Assembly: GCA_051362555.1 (NCBI GenBank)
Contig: CM120640.1
Location: 54,910,788-54,974,787 of the forward strand
DNA from: Lingula anatina
Taxonomy: Eukaryota > Animalia > Brachiopoda
DNA: 64,000 nt
Reading direction: 5' to 3'
The notes under the pieces were generated by a model. That model ran no database searches. It was not told where the DNA came from and was given only the letters and a program-made list of their open reading frames with translations. Below, piece by piece: positions 13,442 through 23,312 of the stretch (positions within the stretch are counted from its first letter, which is position 1; each line of letters begins with the position of its first letter). The translations under genes and the position numbers were made by a program.

Positions 13442-14466
13442 GATTTTTGCCGAAAAGAAATCAACAGCAAGGCAAGAATCAAGTGCTGCAGATGAACTGC
13501 TGCTTAATAATGCTACAGCTAAGCTGAATGAAGCTCTCTGTGGCAAAAATGTTAATAAAGTGTGAACGTTGGAACCATGATACTTGACATCACAGTGGGT
13601 TAAGGGGGTTAAAGCAGCATAGCACCATGATGAAATTGGAGGCAAACGGAGGTCAGTTGACAAGATGTACAAGTTGCTGGAAAAAGCCGTGCTGGCATAA
13701 CAGACAGCAGTGGGGACATAAAGTCCAGTAATTAGAAACTGAAGTTTTCATGTCCGCAAGGATGACACACTGATTTGACTTTTTTGTCATTTTGAACACT
13801 ACATTACATAATAATCAATTTTAAATCATTATCATCATTGCTGAAAGTTAGAAAATGGTACTACTGGTAGAACACAACATAATACCCAGGCAATTGCATA
13901 CTAACACCACAAATTGCCATAATAGAGCCTTTTAGAAATGTAATTAGACCCATTTTAAGTGTTTTCCTGAGATAATACGGGCCGAGTATTTACCAGTCTC
14001 AAAGAAGCTGAAGTTATTAGGCAGGTTGGCCCTTGTAACACACTGAGTGAGACTGGGGGAGGAAAGGCTTGGGCTGGAAGGGGAAAAAAGAAAAGCCCAG
14101 GAAATGGAGAGAGTAAACGGATCAGAAGTAGAAAAAAACAACAACAACATAGCATAAAAAAAAAAAAAGAATGGCAAAATTAGCACAAAATGGTGATTTT
14201 TGCCTTAAAGAAATTAACAGTAAGGCAAGAGTTGAGTGCTGCAGATGAACTGTTAATAATGCTACATCCAAGCTGCATGAAGCTCTCTCTGGTAAAGATG
14301 TTAACAAAGTGTTAACTTAGGTACCATGTTGCTTGGTATCCCCAAAACTGAGGGGATACAGGAGATACAGCACTTTGAAATTAAAGGCAAACAGAGGTCA
14401 TTTGACAACAAGACACGCAAGTTGCTGAAAAAAGCCATCCCAGCAAAACAGACAGCAGTGGGGACA
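13442..14466 (+). repeat. Diverged direct duplication (~275 bp; 13442-13718 vs 14195-14466) with coding-like remnants
   Basis: Colinear shared blocks: GTGCTGCAGATGAACTG, TAATAATGCTACA, TGAAGCTCTCT, CAAGTTGCTG, ACAGACAGCAGTGGGGACA. Reading frames are interrupted. Confidence 0.75.
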
Positions 14467-14981
14467 AAAAAAGTCTAATAAAAATAATAAAAAGGACAAA
14501 AATGTTAGATGTGAAATTATGTTTTTGACATAATATATCACTATTATGCATATATATCATATTGTATTGACTATATGAGTACAATGAATGAAATGTATGT
14601 TCCTTTGAAATTTAGAAATGTTATAGTTAAAGCATTAAATAGAGATTTTGCACTTCATGTTCTTGTTCAGAAGTTTGTTAATTTTTAATGATTAATTGTT
14701 GTTGAAATAATGTGTTATAAGGAAAAACATGGTGGACCAGTATGGCTTTAAGATGTTTGGAGACTTTATAATTACTATTTTTGCTTTAATTTTGCAACAA
14801 AATCCCTATTTTTTTCCCAATTTTTGAAAAAAGTTTTTCCTATTTTTGATGGTTCATTATAACTTGGCACCCAGCTTAGATTTTAAAAAAATACTTCACT
14901 TCTTGTTACTGTGAAATGAAGTTTTGTATTCAGCAAGCTTTTACTTCCATTGCCTCTCTTAAACAACAGTATTTACTGTAA

Positions 14982-15388
14982 GACCCCATTCCCAGAGATT
15001 AGATCGATCCAACTAGATCGACCTAACTCCCTGGGGGTTCACGCTAAACAGCTGTCAGCCGAGCCGGCACGAGAGTTAATTACCCCCTTACAGCTTGTAG
15101 TAGGCGGGATGGACATTTAAGCCGATCATCTGACAGTAATCTAGGAGACTCCCCACGGAAATAGATCGATCTAAAATCTATGGGAATGCGCCCTAAGGTT
15201 TAGATTTAGATCGACCTAACTCCTTGGGGGTTCACGCTAAATTGCAGTCAGCCGAGCGCGCACCATAGTAAATTAACCCCTTACAGCTTTCAGAAGGTGG
15301 GACAGACGCTTAAGCCGGCTAAGCTGACAGTAATCTAGTGAGACTCCCCACAGGTATAGATCGATCTAAAATCTATAGGAATGGGGTC
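14982..15388. mobile_element. Head-to-tail dimer of a ~200-bp Harbinger-like MITE
   Basis: Outer TIRs GACCCCATTCC / GGAATGGGGTC with TAA flanks. Two related units: 14982-15193, ending GGGAATGCGCCC-TAA, and ~15200-15388. Both share TAGATCGACCTAACTCC...GGGGGTTCACGCTAAA and CTGACAGTAATCTAG. Confidence 0.8.
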
Positions 15389-15870
15389 TAAGAGTTTTTT
15401 TATTTATTATTTTTTTTAATTTTTTTGCTTATCTTACCCAAAAAATGCCTTGTGAACAGATAAACATTCAGATCTGAACATGTAAACTTTGGCAGTCTCA
15501 GGCTATGAAGGTTCACTAATAAATACACGTATTTGTACACATGTCCTATCTATAATTGCTATTTTTCAATTGAAATGGCATAAAATACTACCAAAACAAA
15601 GTTACAACAGACCTGTGTGCATTTTAAACAAAATCTGTTGTACACAGAGAATCTTAGTCTCCCTTCAAGGCAGTAATCATGGACAAGTCTCTTAGAGCAC
15701 TTGCAGGCTGTTTAATTCAACATTGTGTTTAGAATGTTACTAAGTATGCACTGCTAGGTGGAACACTTGTCATGAGATGGTGTCTTCACTGAACCCACTT
15801 TACAACAAATGATGGTAAATCTCTGAGTTCGTGTTATCAAAATAGCTCCTCCATTTCAGTTTATCCTTCA

Positions 15871-18420
15871 TCAACTAAACATTTTTCCTTGAAGTTTTGC
15901 TTTGTCTTCTTCATCTTTTTTTCTCTGCAAATCATCTAAATATTTTAATTCCTTTTTCACAGCAGAGTTAAGTGTAGAGTCCAGCTCTGATACTTTGTGA
16001 AAGTCTGCTCTGGCTTCATCAAAGTTCCATACTGATACATGTGCTTTGGCTCTTCTGAATAATGCCTTCACATTACCTGAAAATAAATACAAGTGCTCTG
16101 AATGTGAACTAAAATGTAAATGTTTACTAAAAATTGAACTGACACAATGCATCCATAATTACAACATGTAATAATAGGTTAATCTTAAGTTTGATCATTG
16201 GAATCCATGAAACCTAAGCATTTCCCTTTTTTATACACATACAAAACTGGCTCACAGTGCCACAGTCACATGCTACATGTACATGTATAAACCAGGATGA
16301 CATGATCCAATAACTTTGTTCAATGCCGAATTTAAACCATAAGGCCAAACTCGGCAGTGCCCTCTAGCCAGCTATTTGAAACTTTTATGACATGTACTAA
16401 GAGTTGGGAAAATATAACTAATGTCAGATAGTGCATCATGGAATTAAAAGTTCTAAGATGTGATTGAGCTTTGTATGTTAAGTGGTCCTCTAAACTTTAT
16501 CAGTTATATGCTATCAAAGGTTTTAATGTGTCCAGCCAGCAGCCGTGAACATGTTTTGTGTGCCATACATACCAGGATCCCTCTCTAACACAGTAGTGGT
16601 GTGCTCTATTACAGGGTAGTAATCTTCAAGCAAAAGAAGGCATTGTGAATAGTTCAATAAGAATGGAATTTTTCTGTCCTGCAACTCACTCCACTCTTCA
16701 CTGTGTGGTTTCTCTCTGAATTACAACAACATAAAGGTAGTTATTGAACCCTTTTTTTGTTAAGAGGAACACCGATTCAAAAATAGATAGACATTTAGAT
16801 GTTATTCTGTAGGGAACAGATATGTTAATACTGAAAATAAAATAACCAAGCCACCCAATGACATGTATATTCCTCCATATAGTTTTAATGACATACTTCA
16901 TTGACAGCTGCTCTAATATTCCTATGGCCTGCCCATATTTGGCAGAAGCTTCACTATATTTCTTCTCTTTATATAATGCATTCCCTTCATCTTTTAACTG
17001 TGGGACTGCTGCAATTTGTTCTGACTCATCCATAACCCAAGTCTCCTTTTTATATTCTCCAGGCTCCTCCACTTTCAGAAGTTCTGAAAAGGTTATTTTC
17101 AAATTTCAAAATTGCAGTGGTAGATAAAATAGCCCATTATAGAAGTATTGAGTGGGAGTATTAGGCATGCATACCTCTCCCTCTTCCCCCTCAAACATAA
17201 AAAAAATAATAAAAAAAAGGCTCTGCCCCAAATACACACCATGTACTGTACCTACTTTGAATTGAAAAGGTTGTACATGCAGCTCCCTCAAAAAGCAGGT
17301 GAGGGATAAATCTTAGGAGAAATCCTTTACATTACATCCATTATTGCAGTGGATGCCCTCAGAAAACTGTCAGGCTGGTGGTATTTTCCTACTGACTGGC
17401 AGTCATAGGAATATCAATTTTTCATTTTCAGCTACGTGTACTCCTTTCATACATGTACATACCTGCTGCTTTCAAAATAATTATTATAATGGATAATTAT
17501 TTGGACATTTATTGGTACCAATTAATACCTATTGTGAACTGTAGAGATTGTGGTTCCTTCATAAGTTGGTCCAAATCAGCATATCCAAGTCCTTGGTCCT
17601 GTTGCAACTGCATCATTCCACAACAGTGATGGCTGTGGTCTGCACCTTTCTTCTTCTCTCCAAAGATTTCACGTAGCTGCTTTGATACCAGAGGGTACTG
17701 AGTCAGGAGCTGAAACACACGGGTTACTTATCACAAAGGATGCATATCACCACTACACTATGAAAACACAAATATTTTCTTTACTTGTAAAAAAAAATTC
17801 ATTAAAGATAATTTTCTGATATTCCATAGTCATAACCAAATTTTAGTGAAATACAACCTTTATTTACTGGTTTCTACATGTACTTAGCTGTCTAAATTGT
17901 GCATAGTTGCTACAATTATATGACTCAGAATATATTAACATTATCATATCAGTGAACTCAGGATTTATTATCTGTAATACATGTACCATAGAGATATCCT
18001 CTACCAATAACTCTTTAGACGCCAAATTTTGAATTGAATAAAATGCAATGCTTATGGCAGTAATGAAACAAACTCACAGGTTTGGCAACTGTGAACTGTG
18101 CTACTTCGCCCACACACATGGTTTTGACACAAGCCTCCAGCACTTCCAACTTAAATTTCTTCCCAATGATCAGCTCCATTGGTTTCTTCATCAGCTTCCG
18201 ACTGTCATCTATCACTGTTTTGTCATCGTCAAGCTTGCAGGTCTTGTAATGAAACTGTGTCTGAAAATCGTTAAAGAGTATAAAACCTAGAAAAACATTT
18301 AAACAATATTATAATGAATATTTTTCCTTGGTAGTATTCAGATTAACCCTTCACCTTTCTCGTGTGCATTGGCGTGTACAGAATGCTAATAAATATGGAA
18401 GTGTGTGTTTGTGTGCTATT

Positions 18421-18482
<62 letters not shown>

Positions 18483-18596
18483 GGATAAAAAGTCACTTTC
18501 AAAATTGAAAACCTTAGCTCCATTTGAAAACGCTGGGAGGGATCCTTTCCCGGATGCTAATATCTTCTTTTCGATTCCTGCTGAACTGTCATCCAT
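15871..18596 (-). CDS. AIP: AH receptor-interacting protein (FKBP-like domain + TPR), ~327 aa
   Basis: Exons 18513-18596, 18078-18260, 17529-17709, 16897-17083, 16573-16715 and 15871-16076 (984 nt, in frame). Diagnostic motifs: [63 protein letters not shown]. Confidence 0.95.
18421..18482. repeat. Compound (TG)n(AG)n microsatellite in AIP intron 1
   Basis: Directly visible TGTG... run followed by an AGAG... run. Confidence 0.95.
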
Positions 18597-18721
18597 TGCA
18601 GTCTATTAACTTTCGAATTCGTCTCGTCTTGTTAGGTTGCAGGATGGGTAGTGTCATCTAACGTGTAATGTCTTTTCGGTCTATATATCACAACTAACAC
18701 AATTCCTCAACATTATCTCTG

Positions 18722-18860
18722 TTCGCCCTCTAAAATACCAAAAAATTTCGTGGACCCCCGTTTCTGCAGGCCCCGAACCCCGCACCAAGGGAGGGGGGGA
18801 GGGGAAGGGTCGGCTTCGCATCCGCAGACCCCCCTTCAATATATCCTGGATCCGCCTCTG
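18722..18860. mobile_element. Truncated 3' end of the CAG...CTG MITE family, upstream of AIP
   Basis: TTCGCCCTCTA...GGCCCCGAACCCC...TCCTGGATCCGCCTCTG matches the right ends of the elements at 22233-22819 and 27166-27485. No left TIR is visible. Confidence 0.6.
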
Positions 18861-18915
18861 GGCCTCACAATAATGCAACTCATTATACATTAATATAAGT
18901 AGGCCTAAGGTACTA

Positions 18916-21460
18916 TAACCCATTACAGTGACGTCATATTTGCTCCGTAACACTCGTCCAGCGGCCATACTGGAGGGAAAGAACGACGGGGAATAGTAGC
19001 GTAAATATAGGTGAACCAAATAAAATGAAATAATCTTCATATCGCGATCAAGTGCACCAAAAGGAAAAGTGTATATACATGTGAAAACTTCAGCTAATCA
19101 GCGTGATCGACCCATATAAACTCAAGACAGTCCAAAGACGTGAAATCCTGACCTACCCCTGTATCCCAACATCGTGGAATTGTCAGAAGCTAGTTCAGTT
19201 ATCTTGTACTTCATTTTTCTTGTTCATTGGATAATAACAGTTTTAGTTTTAGAGAGTTTACTGTGTAATCATAAGTTCAACCTTTCATAGAAGCAACTTT
19301 TTACATAAAGGATAGATATAAGGAGAAATTTGAGCTGACCATCGGGATCAACCCTTACGGACTCAAAGAAGAGAGTATGCAGGGTTGTGACAAGAAATAT
19401 TGCTGTCAGATATGATTTAACTGTACATCATGAAGCTGTCAGAAAATATTTTAGCATTCTTGTGCTTCATTTTGATTTAGGAAGTATTTGTAACATGACT
19501 GTTGTTTGAGAGTTCAATATTTTACCATGAATTCAACCATTCACATTAGCAACATTGTTAGCATTTTATTATTAGTCCAGACCTTCACAGAAGCAATGTA
19601 TTTTTCAAACTTATGATATTCAATGTAACATAACAACAAGTCAGTTCATGAATTGATCTTTATTTGATTGAAAATATAGGAAAATGCACATTTTGTATGA
19701 ATAAAAGTAAACATAAGATGCAAGACATTGTTGCACAATTCAATGACAGATTATCAGGGTCCCTTTCCTTTTGGTTGATAACACTGACATGAAAAATTTT
19801 TCCATACTTTTAATGATGCAATGCAACATGTACATGAGCATATTAAGTCGAATCAAGCCACCATAATTTGAGGAACCTGTTTAGTATATTTTTAATCTAT
19901 GTCTAGAGAAATGCTTGATTGAAGACTCACAATTGATATGTGCTGTGTGGGTATGTACATATAAGGCCTTAGATGGTGTTACTAAGCAGTTTGTAATTTT
20001 ATTTAGGAGAATTCCACAACTGGTGGTCACAATTTAAAAATGCACAACCTACATGTACAACAGCCATCTGTTTCTGCATATCAGACCATCTGTGGGGGTG
20101 CACCATACAAAATTTTATATTTCTTGCAAACTTTTCCATTTAGCCTTTAAAAATATGAGAAAGAAAAAGTGTTTTCATTTCTTCTTGTGCTTCTGCTCAC
20201 AATTCTAAATAAATAGAATACCTGTCCTTGTTGTATGCAAGCTATCAGGATAAAAACTTTAAAACAACAAATGAACAATTAAATAAATAAACAAATCCAA
20301 TTAAATAACTCCTGTCATGCACTGAATTTCATTCTCCTGATGTTCAGATCCTGTCTCCTCAGCTGGTCACAAAGATATAAGAATATTTTTTCGCTGCTTC
20401 TACCTTGTGTGCCATCTAGCTGCCTTTTGTACCTGTCACCTGTTTTTTTTTTTTTTTTTTTTTTTTTTTTTCTTTTTTTTTTATAACCAAGATTTATTTG
20501 CACCCAATCATTCAGTGTGGCTTGGTGGGAAATTGCCAGATCAATTTCCTAAATGTAAATTAACAAAAAAAAAAAAAGGTGACAATAGTTATTTTTATTC
20601 ATATTGTAACTTGCATTATAATACAGCAGGAAAACACAGAATTTAACATTTTTCAAATTCATTTCATTAAGTTCATTCAATTAAATGGTACCTGAGCTAG
20701 AATATATACTTAGAAAACAGATTTACTCTTAACACTACACTAAATCTAAAATCAAGCCACTAACTTCCAAATACACATGACACAGGTAATTGATTTAATT
20801 GGCCCAGCTGAGCTGTGTACATTGTACTGTAGCCTTGACACTAATTGACAATAATGCTAACCAGGTATTAAAGAGGTAGATGACAGCAGATAAAATCCAA
20901 AGAGCACCATAACTGATAACAAATTACACCCAAGGCAATAAGTGAGTCTTCATAATGAAAGTCGAAACCCTGCCTGGGTATTTCCACACGTTTTTACAAC
21001 ACACTCTCCACCAAGATTTTTGGGCACTACTAATATGCAGTGTACGTGCGCTCATATCTTATACACCTCGGTCTTTGGTTTTCTACTCTTTTTCTTTTAT
21101 GGTTAAGGCTGCACAGCTGGGTCTTCATTCTTTGCTGTAAAATAAATTAGTTTTATCCTTTACTTGTCAAATGAGTCTCGATTCAAAGCCACTCCTCAGT
21201 CTCTCCTCCGTTTACGGTTTTCGTCCCTACACCTTGGATTGTTACCACTGCAGGCAGTCTGTGAACGCTTTAAAGTTAGTTATCTTCTCTCTATCATATA
21301 CCCTGCAGTAATTCATCATTTTACTCGGTTTAATATCAAAGAAAACACAGAAATTAAATGCTAAATTGTACATGTAGACATGATCATGCGCAGCAGACGA
21401 TTCCGGTCTCCCTCCAGTATGGCTGCCGTTTGTTTTGATGACGAGGGCTACAATGGGTTA
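18916..21460. mobile_element. Degenerate ~2.5-kb DNA transposon, probably ISL2EU-type (PHIS group), with two convergent ORF remnants
   Basis: Terminal IR TAACCCATT / AATGGGTTA plus a subterminal IR GC(G/A)GCCATACTGGAGGGA (~18961-18978 vs ~21409-21426). The + strand remnant DRYKEKFELTIGINPY (19311-) recalls the N-terminus of the nuclease-type ORF. The - strand remnant MMNYCRVY...HRLPAVVTIQG (21319-21231) recalls a THAP-domain transposase N-terminus. The family call is from memory, not a search. Confidence 0.6.
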
Positions 21461-21840
21461 ATATTAACTAAGACTTAGATATCGTCTTTTTTGGGAATTA
21501 TAAATGTATGATAAGGCATATAATCATTATCGTGCTTATCATTTATGTCATAAAATGATGCCACAGGGGACTATCCATTATACAGAAATGATAGACCCTT
21601 TAGTCAGGTAGATGAGAAGTGGCAAACGAGGGAGAAGAAGTGAGTAGCTTAACAGTTAATTTTGTGTTATTTGTTTGGGACGACCTTTGTTGTCAATTCA
21701 ATAACCCGGCGTTCTGTCGTCACCGTGGTCGGTTGATTACTCTTAAAATGCACAAAACGATCTTATAAGTTACTTACATGACGCCGTGTTTCGTTTTTCA
21801 GAGATCAGGTATCTATTCCCCAGACCAATAAGGTACATAT

Positions 21841-21926
21841 GGTGTAATATACATTAAGGTGAAAAGGGGGAGGGTTCATTGGTCCGAATGTTCACTATAG
21901 AACTTAGGACCAACAAACCATATTAT

Positions 21927-21966
<40 letters not shown>

Positions 21967-22027
21967 GATGAAAATTTTACGATTTTCCGGACCAATGAAC
22001 CTTTGGACTACAATGTATGTACGCACC
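21841..22027. mobile_element. Small fold-back MITE-like element containing a 37-nt poly(A) tract
   Basis: Perfect 14-bp IR GGTTCATTGGTCCG (21873-21886) / CGGACCAATGAACC (21988-22001), weaker outer IR GGTG..ATACATT / AATGTAT..CACC, and an A-run at 21928-21964. Confidence 0.55.
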
Positions 22028-22232
22028 CCCCGTCACGTGGCGCTAGCCTCATCATGTGAGGTTAAGAGTAATAAGACGTGTAAAGAGAATTATGATGCCG
22101 TCTGTTATAGACTGACATGTGTTCATAAATGACTAAAAATTCTGAGTTGTGTTTCCATTTAACCCATCCTTTGGTACGTTGCATCAATAGGTAACGTCAT
22201 ATGAGATATCACACAGTTTTTTAACGTTACCC

Positions 22233-22819
22233 CAGTGGCGGAGTTAGGGGGGGTTAGGGGGGTCCTGACCCTCCCCTTCGAGTTCTGAAAAAATATCACA
22301 TCAATGGTTCCCTCTTGAAATCATAATTACCTCCGCCAAACCCCTGTTTGTCTGTTTGTTTGTCTGTCTGTCTGTCATCAACATAACTCAAAAAGTTATG
22401 GACCGATTTTGATGAAATCTTCAGGAACTGTCAGAAGTGGGCCAAGGAAGAGATGGTTCGTTTTTGGTGGTGATCCGGATCAATAATCTATTAATAATAA
22501 AAAAACTAAGTTATGGACCGATTTTGATGAAATTTTCAGGAACTGTCAGAAGTGGGCCAAGGAACAGATGATTCGTTTTAGGTGGTGATCCGGATCAATA
22601 ATCTATTAATAATCAATAATCAAAAATATCGAAAATTTAGGGGTGAAACGGCATTTGATGGAGACTTTGCTGCCTTGGCGGAGGTCTGCGCTCTCTGAGT
22701 GCTTTTCTAGTTTAAATCATAGTTCTAAACCGTACCAAATGGCACCATTCGCCCTCTACAATACAATTTATTCGGGGCCCCGAACCCCACGCCTTCAAAT
22801 AATCCTGGATCCGCTCCTG
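22233..22819. mobile_element. CAG...CTG hAT-like MITE interrupted by a nested Helentron-type insertion
   Basis: Termini CAGTGGCGGAG / ATCCGCTCCTG. The flanking arms are colinear with the uninterrupted copy at 27166-27485 (TTCTGAAAAAA...ATAGTTCT.AACCGT.CCAAATG.CACCATT.GCCCTC). Confidence 0.75.
22326..22713 (+). mobile_element. Non-autonomous Helentron/HINE (DINE-1-like) element
   Basis: Subterminal IRs ACCTCCGCCAA / TTGGCGGAGGT, a (TGTC/TGTT)n microsatellite after the 5' end, two ~115-bp tandem units (~22393-22498, ~22508-22613), a 3' hairpin GCGCTCTCTGAGTGC and a CTAGTT end. Confidence 0.8.
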
Positions 22820-23312
22820 CGTTAAACTATTGCATTATCCACGAAAATACAAAATTAAGGGGTTAATATTTAACAAATGCAGCTTGTTCCATGTAGAGTT
22901 GGATAAATACACAGACAACGACATAGTTTGGGGTCAATGGGATTAATAATTAATTGTAATAAGAGTAGGCCTACTGATAGAAGTTGGTAACATGGATAAA
23001 ATCCCCAAATAAAAAAAAAGATAAAAACATAAAGGCTAAAATATATTGAAGTTCAACATGCAGTCAACTGGTGCACTTCTTATTAAATTATCCATGCCTC
23101 ACAAATCCGAAGTGAATATGTGTCAATCTGTCTTGTTTTAGAAGGTCGTGCAGTCTATGGTCAAGGTCATTTGTTGTTTTTGTGAACAATGTTTCTTATG
23201 TTGCCCGTGATAGGCATGGTTTAATATTCAACTTTTTTTCATCCTTCAGTGTAGTCCATGTGGATGACACCCGTAGAGATATTGCAAATGTGACTATTTA
23301 CGAGAAACCAAA

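Noticed and set aside
18681-19040. 119-aa minus-strand ORF upstream of AIP
   Set aside because: It runs across two unrelated transposon ends and has no recognisable protein features.
20443-20482. Poly(T) tract as a retroposon tail
   Set aside because: No adjacent recognisable SINE/LINE body or target-site duplication; treated as a simple homopolymer.
18919-21457. piggyBac interpretation (CCC...GGG-TTAA ends)
   Set aside because: The left flank is ATAA, not TTAA, and the internal remnants resemble THAP and ISL2EU-type proteins rather than a piggyBac transposase. Not fully excluded.
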